From positions 7,667 through 71,666 of the forward strand of contig CAZLBA010000004.1 in NCBI GenBank assembly GCA_964557555.1: 64,000 nt of DNA. Reading direction: 5' to 3'. This document shows, piece by piece, positions 8,500 through 17,462 of the stretch (the first letter of the stretch is position 1; each line of letters begins with the position of its first letter). The translations under genes and the position numbers were made by a program. The notes beneath the pieces were generated by a model. The model saw nothing but the letters and a program-made list of their open reading frames with translations. It made no database searches and was not told the DNA's origin. Origin of the DNA: an uncultured Beijerinckia sp. (lineage in GTDB: Bacteria; Pseudomonadota; Alphaproteobacteria; Rhizobiales; Beijerinckiaceae).

Positions 8500-9513
8500 A
8501 TGAACTTGTCTCTTCGCGCTTTCACGCGGCGATCTTTGAATGTGCTGGCTGTGGCGGGCATCGCTACGCTGGCTGGCGTGACCGCATCTTCATCGGCGCT
8601 TGCACAGGCATGGCCTGCACGTCCCGTGACCATCGTGGTGCCCTTCCCTGCGGGCGGCAATACCGACACCATGGCGCGTCTGGCGGCTGAGTATTTGTCC
8701 ACCAAGCTCGGTCAGCAATTCGTTGTCGAAAACCGTCCGACAGGCGGCGGCGTGGTTGCAGCAGCGCAGGTCGCCAAAGGTCCGGCAGATGGCTACACGC
8801 TGTTCTTCGCATCAGCTGGTCAGACCGTCATTCTGCCGATGATGCAGAAGGTCAATTACGATCCTGAAACCGAATTCACGCCCGTCAGCATTCTGGGCAC
8901 TGGCCCCTTCGTGCTGGGCGTGCGCGCAACACTCCCCGTCAACAACTTCGCTGAGTTCCTCGACTATGCGAAGAAGCAGAAAGATGGGCTCAATGTTGCC
9001 TCTCCGGGTCAGGGTTCAATCGGCCATCTCTCCGCTGGCCTGCTCGCCAAGCGCGCCGGCTTCAACATCGTCTATGTGCCCTATCAAGGCGGCGGACCGG
9101 CGATGAATGCGCTGCTCAATCACGATGTGGACTTCTACTTCGGCAATGCATCAGAATTGCTGCAACATGCTGATGGTGGCCGCATCAAGATCCTCGCCGT
9201 TTCCACGCAGGATCGCATGAAGCAGCTGCCCAACACGCCGCCAGTCGCCTCGGCCTATCCTGGCTTTTCAACTTCTTCCTGGAATGGCTTCCTCGTTGCC
9301 AAGGGCACACCGCCTGAGATCGTCAAGAAGCTGATGGAAGAAACCATCGCCGCAAGCAAGGACCCCAAGATCGCCTCGCGTCTTGAGGCTCTGGGCATCC
9401 GCCCCATCGGCTCCACCTCGGAAGAGATGGCCAAGATCATGGCAGCTGAGCGCCCCGTCTATAAGGAGGCCATCGAAGCAGCTGGTCTCATGCAGTCAAA
9501 GAAGGCTCAGTAA
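8500..9513 (+). CDS. Bug/TctC tripartite tricarboxylate transporter substrate-binding protein
   Basis: Signal peptide, WPARPVTIVVPFPAGGNTD, VENRP, PADGYTL. Confidence 0.93.
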   Translation: MNLSLRAFTRRSLNVLAVAGIATLAGVTASSSALAQAWPARPVTIVVPFPAGGNTDTMARLAAEYLSTKLGQQFVVENRPTGGGVVAAAQVAKGPADGYTLFFASAGQTVILPMMQKVNYDPETEFTPVSILGTGPFVLGVRATLPVNNFAEFLDYAKKQKDGLNVASPGQGSIGHLSAGLLAKRAGFNIVYVPYQGGGPAMNALLNHDVDFYFGNASELLQHADGGRIKILAVSTQDRMKQLPNTPPVASAYPGFSTSSWNGFLVAKGTPPEIVKKLMEETIAASKDPKIASRLEALGIRPIGSTSEEMAKIMAAERPVYKEAIEAAGLMQSKKAQ

Positions 9514-9534
9514 AGATCGCTCACCCGCAAAACG

Positions 9535-9564
9535 AAGCCCGCCGCATCATGCGGCGGGCTTTTT
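9535..9564. terminator. Intrinsic terminator between convergent genes
   Basis: AAGCCCGCCGCAT-C-ATGCGGCGGGCTT perfect inverted repeat followed by a T-run. Confidence 0.85.
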
Positions 9565-9585
9565 GATTTCGTCACGTGCAAAAGA

Positions 9586-10209
9586 TCAGGCGAGACCTTC
9601 CATCTTGATTGCCTTCTCAACAGCTGGACGCGCGCGCATACGCTGATAATGGGCTGCGAGGTTGGGCGGCAATTCTTCCTTGAGGCGATTAACCTTCCAA
9701 TATTCGAGATAGAACAGCGCATAGTCAGCGATTGAAGGCTGTGCGCCGCCAAGATAGTCCTTGCCTGCAATCTCCTCATTGAAGCGCGCAAGGCCCTTGT
9801 CATAAACAGCGCGCCCCTTCTCGCGAATGACCGGGAAGTCCGCTTCATTGGGCGCAAAATGCTGTGGCATCCACATGCGCGTGAAACCCTGCATATGCAG
9901 GCTCGCCACAATATAATCGACAGCCTCCAGCGTGCGGGCCATCCCCTCCGGATCGCTGGGGAGCAGCTTCTTGTCAGGGTTGGTTAGGGCAAGCCAGGTC
10001 GCGATTGCAGGCCATTCCGTCAGCAGGCTGCCATCTTCGCGCTTCAGCGCGGGCACTTTGGCCTTCGGATTCACGGCCAGATATTCGGGCTTGTGCTGCA
10101 TGCCCTTGGTCAGATCAACAAGAACCAGCTCATAGGGCTTGCCGATTTCTTCAAGCAGCAGATGAATGCCCAGCGAGCAGGTGCCGGGTGAATGGAACAG
10201 CGTGAACAT
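9586..10209 (-). CDS. Glutathione S-transferase (beta class-like)
   Basis: SPGTCSL, VNPKAKVP, SIADYALF; GGAG RBS before ATG 10209. Confidence 0.93.
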   Translation of the reverse strand: MFTLFHSPGTCSLGIHLLLEEIGKPYELVLVDLTKGMQHKPEYLAVNPKAKVPALKREDGSLLTEWPAIATWLALTNPDKKLLPSDPEGMARTLEAVDYIVASLHMQGFTRMWMPQHFAPNEADFPVIREKGRAVYDKGLARFNEEIAGKDYLGGAQPSIADYALFYLEYWKVNRLKEELPPNLAAHYQRMRARPAVEKAIKMEGLA

Positions 10210-10290
10210 ACAGATCTCCGAGTGAAACATGCCAGAGAAGGAAGACGGTGCAAGGCTAGTGCACCATCTTCCGTTTGGCGATAGCGAAAA

Positions 10291-11259
10291 TCAGTTGGAT
10301 GACTTGATGCCAGCCGCCTTGATGATGCCTGTCCATTTTACAATCTCAGCCGAGACGAATTTCTTGAACTCATCCGTTGAGGTGCTCCAGGGCTCCACAC
10401 CGATTTCGGTGAGCCTCTTCTGAATGTCAGGATCGGCAATCACTGCCCGTGTTTCACGGTTCAGGCGATCAACAATCGCCTTGGGCGTGCCCTTGGGTGC
10501 GGCCAGACCGAACCATGCATAGGACTCGTAATTTTGCACGCCCTCTTCTGCCATGGTGGGTACATTGGGCAGCGAGCGGCTGCGCGTCTTCGTGGTGACT
10601 GCAAGCGGCAATACTTGCTTGGCTTGCAGCTGAGCCGCGACATTGGGGATGAGCTGGAAGCTGACAGGCACGTCGCCCGAAATCAGATCCACCGCAATCT
10701 GGTTACCGGAGCTGTAGGGCACATGCGTCATGCGCGTGCCAGCTGCGATGTCGAAATAAGCCCCGGCCAGATGCTGCGAAGAGCCGATGCCAACGGATGA
10801 GTACGAGATCCGGTCAGGCCGCGCTTTCACAAAGGCGATGAATTCCTGCACATTCTTCACTGGCACTTTGGTCGGGTTCACAACCAGCACATTGACCAAC
10901 GTGCCGACCGGCGAGATGAACTCAAAATCTGTCTCAGGGTCATAGGGCAGCTTATCCATCACCCGATTGATGACGAAGGGGCCGGGCGCTGCAAAGACGA
11001 GAGAATAACCATCGGGATCTGCCTTGGCGATGATGGCAGTTCCCGTATTGCCGCCTGCACCGGCGCGGTTTTCAACCAGCACGCGCTGACCAAGGCGCTC
11101 ACCAAGCTTGTCGGCCACAATACGCGCAATGGTGTCGCTGGCGCTGCCGGCCCCAAAGGGCATCATCAGCTTGATGGGACGGTCGGGATAGGTCTGCGCA
11201 TTGACTTGGGCACAGGTCGCCACGGCAGCGACTGCCAGCGCGGACAGAAATTTCAGCAT
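10291..11259 (-). CDS. Bug/TctC substrate-binding protein
   Basis: Signal peptide, YPDRPIKLMMPFGAGSASD, VENRAGAGG. Confidence 0.93.
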   Translation of the reverse strand: MLKFLSALAVAAVATCAQVNAQTYPDRPIKLMMPFGAGSASDTIARIVADKLGERLGQRVLVENRAGAGGNTGTAIIAKADPDGYSLVFAAPGPFVINRVMDKLPYDPETDFEFISPVGTLVNVLVVNPTKVPVKNVQEFIAFVKARPDRISYSSVGIGSSQHLAGAYFDIAAGTRMTHVPYSSGNQIAVDLISGDVPVSFQLIPNVAAQLQAKQVLPLAVTTKTRSRSLPNVPTMAEEGVQNYESYAWFGLAAPKGTPKAIVDRLNRETRAVIADPDIQKRLTEIGVEPWSTSTDEFKKFVSAEIVKWTGIIKAAGIKSSN

Positions 11260-11388
11260 TCTCGTCTCCCCATCTCTGCGGGCGGCTTCAAGGCCGGCCC
11301 CTGAGTAAACAATAGTTTTTTTACATCGACTTGTCAGGTCACGATGCGGCCATTGGCAAGCCTGCCCCCACGCCATAGGATCGCGGCC

Positions 11389-12759
11389 ATGACAAAGAGA
11401 AACGCCCCCATCACGAGCCTGCGCGACTGGCTCGATCGCCTCGCTGAAACCGGCCGCCTTGCCCGCATCCGCGACAATATCTCACTCACACATGAGCTCG
11501 CTGCCATCGCAAAAAAATTCGATGGTCAACAGGCCAGCTTTTTCCCGCGCCCAGGAGGCCACCAGATGCCCGTCATCTCCGGGCTGACCTCTGACCGCGC
11601 TTGGGTTGCGGAGGCCATGGGCGTGGCTCCTGAGGCCGTTCTGGACCGTTTCCAGCAAGCGGTTCGCGCTCCCCTCCCATGGCGCGAGGTGACCGAGGCG
11701 CCCGCGCAGGAGGTGACGCATCGTCAACCCGATCTGACAAAACATCTGCCAATTCCCACCCATAATGAGCATGACAGCGGCCCCTATATCACTGCGGGCC
11801 TGCTCATCAGCCGCAATCCCAAAAGCGGCGTGCAAAATGTCGCCATCCATCGTTTGCAAGTCTCCGGGCCGGATCGGCTGGGAGCCTTGCTGTTGCCGCG
11901 CCAAACCCTGGCCTATCAGCAAGCCGCGGAAGAGGCGGGCAAGGATCTGCCCATCGCCATCGTCATTGGCATTGATCCGCTTACATTGCTCGCCTCACAG
12001 GCCATCAGCCCCTCTGATCAGGATGAGCTTGAAATTGCCGGCGCGCTGCATGGCGAGCCTTTGCGTGTCGTCAAATGCATCACCAATGATCTGCGCGTGC
12101 CTGCGGACGCAGAAATCGTCATTGAAGGCCGCTTGCTGGCGAAGGAACGCGCAGCTGAAGGGCCTTTTGGTGAATTCCCGCAATATTACGGAGAACGCGC
12201 CAATCGCCATGTGATTGCGATTGATTGCATCACCCACCGCAAGGACGCGCTGTTCCATACGATTGTTGGTGGCGGGCTTGAGCATCTGCTGCTCGGCGGC
12301 ATCCCACGCGAAGCGACTCTGCGCGATGCTTTGCAGCGCAGTTTCCCCAATGTGACTGATGTGCATCTCTCACGCGGCGGTGTGTGCCGCTATCATCTTT
12401 ATGTGCAGATGAAGAAACGCCATGAGGGTGAGGCCAAAAATGTCATCTTCGCCGCATTCGCTGCGCATTATGACATCAAGCAAGTCATCGTCGTGGATGA
12501 AGATGTCGATGTCCATCAACCATCAGAGGTCGAATGGGCGGTTGCCACGCGTTTTCAGGCTGATCGCGACCTCGTGGTGACAGGACATGCCCTTGGCTCC
12601 AAGCTTGACCCATCAACGGATGATGGTGTTGGCGCGAAAATGGGACTTGATGCGACAAAGCCGATCGCTGCACCTGAAATGCGCTTCCTGCGTATTCGTG
12701 TTCCGGGCGAGCATGATGTGGACCCGGCAGAGGTGGTCAAAGGCTCGACCTGGCGCTGA
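11389..12759 (+). CDS. hmfF: UbiD family prFMN decarboxylase, 2,5-furandicarboxylate decarboxylase-like
   Basis: EGPFGEFPQYYG, QNVAIHRLQ, HTIVGGGLEHLLLG and HLSRGGVCRYH match HmfF as I recall it along the whole length. Confidence 0.8.
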   Translation: MTKRNAPITSLRDWLDRLAETGRLARIRDNISLTHELAAIAKKFDGQQASFFPRPGGHQMPVISGLTSDRAWVAEAMGVAPEAVLDRFQQAVRAPLPWREVTEAPAQEVTHRQPDLTKHLPIPTHNEHDSGPYITAGLLISRNPKSGVQNVAIHRLQVSGPDRLGALLLPRQTLAYQQAAEEAGKDLPIAIVIGIDPLTLLASQAISPSDQDELEIAGALHGEPLRVVKCITNDLRVPADAEIVIEGRLLAKERAAEGPFGEFPQYYGERANRHVIAIDCITHRKDALFHTIVGGGLEHLLLGGIPREATLRDALQRSFPNVTDVHLSRGGVCRYHLYVQMKKRHEGEAKNVIFAAFAAHYDIKQVIVVDEDVDVHQPSEVEWAVATRFQADRDLVVTGHALGSKLDPSTDDGVGAKMGLDATKPIAAPEMRFLRIRVPGEHDVDPAEVVKGSTWR

Positions 12760-13347
12760 TCAGGGTGCCAGCCATTGCTTGTGACATTGCCCGTCGCGCC
12801 ATTCAAAAAAGGCACGGCGGTGCCCTTCATGATGCAGATAAAGCCATTCAAGCTTTTGCACCTCAATCGTCACGACACTGAAATGTTCAAGCCCCGTTGA
12901 ACCACGAATCTCCCCCTCATGAGGATCGTGCAGCGGCATACGCGGTGGAGACAGCTGCGTGTAGCAGACCCGACTTTTTTCTTGCGAACCTTCCCAACAT
13001 TGCAGCGCCAGGGGGGTAGCGGGCTCATGAATGGTCGCAAGACCATTCACCCGCAATTGCAGCTTGCTTTTGAAATCATAAAAAAGCGCAGCTATACGCG
13101 GGTCTCTTTTCAATTCTTCAATCTTGGGCGCGCGCATATCAGTATGAAAGCGAATGCTGCGGGCAGTCTCATTCACATGTCGCAACACGACTGTGCGCGC
13201 GGAAGGCGCGCCATCAAGCCCGATGGTTGTGATGGCGGGTGTGTGGAAGCCCGAACGACGATCCTGCACGCCGCGCGTCAGCAAGCGCCATGCATGGGAG
13301 AGGCTCGCATCAAGATCATTGAAGAAAGGTGGCTTTGCGTCATCCAT
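12760..13347 (-). CDS. Pyridoxamine 5'-phosphate oxidase-like FMN-binding split-barrel protein (Alr4036-like)
   Basis: PSARTVVLR, FHTDMRAPK, LQLRVNG, LEWLYL...HRRA. Confidence 0.85.
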   Translation of the reverse strand: MDDAKPPFFNDLDASLSHAWRLLTRGVQDRRSGFHTPAITTIGLDGAPSARTVVLRHVNETARSIRFHTDMRAPKIEELKRDPRIAALFYDFKSKLQLRVNGLATIHEPATPLALQCWEGSQEKSRVCYTQLSPPRMPLHDPHEGEIRGSTGLEHFSVVTIEVQKLEWLYLHHEGHRRAFFEWRDGQCHKQWLAP

Positions 13348-13384
13348 GCGGGCAAATTAGCAATGCCCGCATGAAGCTGCAATC

Positions 13385-14374
13385 TCACTCACTCCAGGCG
13401 ATGATGGGGGTGAACAGCTCATCAACCGGCAAGGGACGTTCAATGAAATGCTGATCGACGAGATATTGCACAAAGGCAGTCAGGATCTTGCGATTGGCTT
13501 CGACCCCATAGGGCCAAGGATCAGGCCCCATCAACTCATCCATTTCGGCAAGCTCATCATAAAGCCATGGCAACATCAGCCGTTGCGCGCCTGAGAATCG
13601 CACCTGCTTCAAGGCCCAGGATTTCGATTCCTGACAGGCTTTGAACAGCGACTCGGGCACCCAGGGATGCTGCTTGTAGAGATCTTCGCGGATCACCAGC
13701 GTGTGCATGATTGGATGGAAGCCTGTACGCTTGTAGAAATCCTTCTCCCGCGCGCGATAGTCTGGGAAGAGGCGGGCAACATTTTTGCCCTTGTCGAGAG
13801 CTTGCGGGCGCCGCGCACCGAAATAGGCATCAATCTCACCCGCCTCCAGCATGTCATTCAGCGTGCGATCTGAGGGGATGAGTTCGAGCTTCAATGGCCG
13901 AACGGGGCGCAGATCCATGTCATGATCAGGCGCGCGCGGCTCATTCACGCCGCCTTCCACCCATTGAATCGTGTCAAGATTGACGCCGTAATCATGCTGC
14001 AGAATACCACGCACCCAGACACCCGCAGTCTGGCGATATTCCTGCACCCCGACGCGCTTGCCTTCGAGATCCTTCGGCTCGCGAATATTCGACGACTTCG
14101 CCACAAAGATGAAACCGTGACGAAAGACCCGCGATGGGAAAACAGGCAGTGCAACAAAAGGAAAATCACCGCGCGCGCGCATGATGCAATAATGCGCCAG
14201 AGACATTTCCGCGACATCAAAGGAGTTGGTCTTGATCATACGCGCAAAAATCTCAGGCGGTGATTGAATACCGAGATAGCGCAGATCAATTCCTTCCGGC
14301 TGCACCACACCCTGCGCCAGAGCTTCCATGCGATCATAAGGCCCGCAGGCCATGGTGAGTGCAAGTTTGGACAT
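13385..14374 (-). CDS. 4,5-dihydroxyphthalate decarboxylase-like protein (OphC/Pht5 family, SBP fold)
   Basis: LTMACGPYDR, FDVAEMSL, FPSRVFRH, EYRQTAGVWVRG, HPIMH, DPWPYG; no signal peptide. Confidence 0.85.
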   Translation of the reverse strand: MSKLALTMACGPYDRMEALAQGVVQPEGIDLRYLGIQSPPEIFARMIKTNSFDVAEMSLAHYCIMRARGDFPFVALPVFPSRVFRHGFIFVAKSSNIREPKDLEGKRVGVQEYRQTAGVWVRGILQHDYGVNLDTIQWVEGGVNEPRAPDHDMDLRPVRPLKLELIPSDRTLNDMLEAGEIDAYFGARRPQALDKGKNVARLFPDYRAREKDFYKRTGFHPIMHTLVIREDLYKQHPWVPESLFKACQESKSWALKQVRFSGAQRLMLPWLYDELAEMDELMGPDPWPYGVEANRKILTAFVQYLVDQHFIERPLPVDELFTPIIAWSE

Positions 14375-14391
14375 ATCTTTTCTCTTTGGCA

Positions 14392-14880
14392 CTAGAGCGG
14401 AATCACAAGCAGCGTATCAATCTGACGCGAGTCGAGAATGACCGTGCGCTCGACAAGCTTCAGACCATCAGCTGCCAACCGGATCTTGTCTTGCGTGCGA
14501 CCGCAGACAAAAACATCCATATGGCCACCATTGGTGGTGCGCAGGACGGTAAAGGTTGACGTTGACGTCACCACATCCCCCTCCAGCTTGTCGATGCGCA
14601 ACGCCCCCGGCACATGGCAATAGACATGCGGTTCAAAAATATTGGCCGTCCGCATGGCAACGATACGATCCTTGAACATGCCATGGCCTTTGCACGACAT
14701 GAGGTTCAAAGGCAGGCCCAGCTCCATATTCTCCCGCGTCGTGATGCGATAACTGCCATCTTCTTCGAAGAAGCTGTGCCACTCCTCCAGCCGATCCTCG
14801 TCGATCGCCAGCATATATTCGGCCAGAAAGGCCTCAACGCTCACACGCAGGCTGAGCGCATCAGAAAGCTTATCTGTCAT
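14392..14880 (-). CDS. Ring-hydroxylating Rieske oxygenase small (beta) subunit
   Basis: AIDEDRLEEW, ITTREN, ANIFEPH, IDTLLVIPL (AndAd/NagH/TphA3 type). Confidence 0.9.
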   Translation of the reverse strand: MTDKLSDALSLRVSVEAFLAEYMLAIDEDRLEEWHSFFEEDGSYRITTRENMELGLPLNLMSCKGHGMFKDRIVAMRTANIFEPHVYCHVPGALRIDKLEGDVVTSTSTFTVLRTTNGGHMDVFVCGRTQDKIRLAADGLKLVERTVILDSRQIDTLLVIPL

Positions 14881-14894
14881 CTTGCGCCCCCGCC

Positions 14895-16139
14895 TCAGAT
14901 CTTCATGCAATCGCGCCAGCCCTTCCAGAAGCCGCGCACTGCTGATTCCGTCACGCGCGACCCTGCGCTTGGCTCAATACCACGCCCACCCATCGGCATG
15001 ACTGTCATGGCATCGGGATCAGCCTTGGCCGCGGTCTGCACAAAACCGCCGACACAGCCATCCTCCATTGAAATGAAGCCCGCAGGGCCAACGAGATTGT
15101 TTGCCTTCAGACGCAGCTCGATCATATCCGGCGTGTCATCCGCAAAGCCGAGCACCGTCCATACCAGTTCGCTGCGATCAACGCCCTTGGGCAAGAGCTG
15201 TCGTACCGCCAGCGCGTTGAGGATTTGCTGCACAACGAGATTGGGGAAGATGGTCTGGATGGAATTGGTAACGAGGTCGCCCAGCTCCAGACGATGCTCC
15301 ATCACAGAAGGATCATTGAGACTATACTGCTCCTTGAGCGAGCGCACTTTTTCCCGGCCCGTTGGATCATCATTGGGCGCAGTGCGTTCGGTATAGCTCA
15401 AATGATGCCAGCCGCTTTCACTCAGCTTGATACCCCCGCCCATATTGGGACGCACCACACCGAATGTGTTGTGAAACACATGCAACAGGCTCGCGTGATA
15501 GGAATCCTTGTTGTTCTCGGCATAAAGCTTCCAATTATTGGGCAGCATCTGGCTATGATAGCCAAGAACCTTGAGCGGCTTGATGAAAACACGATCAATC
15601 GAGGCAATCAGCTCATCACCAAGATAGGACCGGAAGTCCGGTGTCTCATGGCTGAATGTACCAAAGACAAGACCGCGATAGGTCTCAACACGCAGCCGCA
15701 CCAAATTGTGCTTGCCCATGTCGAAGCTCTCATCGACACCCCCCTTGCCCCCGACACCCTTGCGGAAGGCAACACCTGTCAGCTTGCCGTCAAGATCATA
15801 GGTCCAGTTATGATAGACGCAGGTAAGTTCTTTCACATGACCACGCGGCTTGTAGCAGAGCAATGAGCCTTTATGCTCGCAACGGTTCATCACCGCATTG
15901 ATCCGGCCATCCAGCGTGCGCAGCATGATGACTGGCGCGTCACCCACAAAAGTCGTCTTGTAATCACCCGGATTGGGGATTTCGACATCAAGGCCGAGAA
16001 AATTCCATGTCGGCCCCTGAAACAGCCGCTCCTGCTCCAAAGCGTAAAGCGCCGGGTCTGTATAGACACGGTAGGGCACCCGCGATGTGTCCGCCACCGG
16101 CCATGTAAAGAGTGGATCTGACTGCGCCGTCTGGGCCAC
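14895..16139 (-). CDS. Rieske oxygenase large (alpha) subunit, terephthalate/anthranilate (TphA2/AndAc) type
   Basis: Rieske CEH...CVYH; mononuclear iron motif NWKLYAENNKDSYHASLLH; GPAGFISMEDG; GTG start after GGAGGA. Confidence 0.92.
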   Translation of the reverse strand: MAQTAQSDPLFTWPVADTSRVPYRVYTDPALYALEQERLFQGPTWNFLGLDVEIPNPGDYKTTFVGDAPVIMLRTLDGRINAVMNRCEHKGSLLCYKPRGHVKELTCVYHNWTYDLDGKLTGVAFRKGVGGKGGVDESFDMGKHNLVRLRVETYRGLVFGTFSHETPDFRSYLGDELIASIDRVFIKPLKVLGYHSQMLPNNWKLYAENNKDSYHASLLHVFHNTFGVVRPNMGGGIKLSESGWHHLSYTERTAPNDDPTGREKVRSLKEQYSLNDPSVMEHRLELGDLVTNSIQTIFPNLVVQQILNALAVRQLLPKGVDRSELVWTVLGFADDTPDMIELRLKANNLVGPAGFISMEDGCVGGFVQTAAKADPDAMTVMPMGGRGIEPSAGSRVTESAVRGFWKGWRDCMKI

Positions 16140-16319
16140 GCTTGTTCCTCCCAAGCAGTGATGATTTTGTGAGTTAACCAGCGCCCTACCCCTGTGACAA
16201 GATTGCGCTGCGGGATCTTCAGAATGGCCTTTGCCATTGACAAGATCAAGCCGGAGCTGTTGCCGAGCGCAAAAGGCCTCGCTAGGCTCGGTGTCAACAA
16301 TGACGAGGGAGGCTCAAAT

Positions 16320-17363
16320 ATGATTACCCACCATCTGCGTCTCGCGGCCTGTGGCCTTGCGCTTGCTGTCGCCAGCCTGCCACTTGGCGCTTCGGCGCAA
16401 GCGCAGGATGTCGCCAGCTTCTATCGTGGAAAAACGGTTCAGGCAGTCGTCGGCTATCCTGCCGGATCCACCTTCGAGCTTTATCTGCGCATGTTCGCCC
16501 GCCATGTCGGCAAGCATATTCCCGGCAACCCCAATGTCGTCATCCAGCACATGCCGGGTGCTGGATCGCTCACCGCGACCAGCCATCTGGCCAATGTCGC
16601 CGCGAAAGATGGCTCCGTCTTCGGAATGCCCAATCCGGTAAACACGATTGAACCCCTGCTCGATCCTGCACGCACAAAATTCGATCCCACGCAGTTCAGC
16701 TGGATCGGCAATCTGAATACGGAGACCTCGACCTGCAGCTTCTGGGCGAATGACATCAAGACCCTTGATGATCTGCGCAAGCGCGAGGTGACCGTAGGCT
16801 CGACCGGTCCTGCGTCAGGTTCGACGATTGATGCTGTGATCATTTCGCAGCTGCTCGGATTGAAGCTGAAAGTCGTGACCGGCTATCGCGTCATCAATGA
16901 CATCAAGATCGCAGCCGAGCGTGGCGAGGTTGACGGCTTCTGTGGCTTGCTTGTTTCAGCCCTCAAGACGGATTTCGTCACGGAGTGGAAGTCTGGGCGC
17001 ATCTCCGTACCTGTCCAGATGGGACTGACAAAACATCCCGACATTCCAAATGTCCCCAATGCCTATGATCTCGTCACCAAGGAAGAAGATCGCCAGCTAT
17101 TCCAGCTCATCTTCGGGCCATGGGCCTATGGCCGCCCGATGTTCATGCCGCCGGGCGTACCTGCTGAACGGCTTGCCGCCATGCGCGCTGCCTTCAAGGC
17201 AACTTTGTCTGATCCGGAATTCATCAGCGAGACACAGAAGATCGGCCTTGAGATCAACCCCTCACCGGGCGATGCGATTGTGCCTGTTATTCAGCGCATC
17301 ATGAAAACACCCGAACCCGTCGTTATGCGTGCGCGTCAGCTCCTTGCCGTAGACAAGCGCTGA
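16320..17363 (+). CDS. Bug/TctC substrate-binding protein (long subtype)
   Basis: Signal peptide, FYRGKT, IPGNPNVVIQHMPGAG, ERGEVDG. Confidence 0.88.
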   Translation: MITHHLRLAACGLALAVASLPLGASAQAQDVASFYRGKTVQAVVGYPAGSTFELYLRMFARHVGKHIPGNPNVVIQHMPGAGSLTATSHLANVAAKDGSVFGMPNPVNTIEPLLDPARTKFDPTQFSWIGNLNTETSTCSFWANDIKTLDDLRKREVTVGSTGPASGSTIDAVIISQLLGLKLKVVTGYRVINDIKIAAERGEVDGFCGLLVSALKTDFVTEWKSGRISVPVQMGLTKHPDIPNVPNAYDLVTKEEDRQLFQLIFGPWAYGRPMFMPPGVPAERLAAMRAAFKATLSDPEFISETQKIGLEINPSPGDAIVPVIQRIMKTPEPVVMRARQLLAVDKR

Positions 17364-17462
17364 TTGCCGCGAGATTGGGCAGGCTGCCTCGCGCAGCCGC
17401 CCAACAATAAGGCTGGACTGTTTTTTGCAAAGAGCCGCGCAGGCCTATCAGGAGATGCTGAC

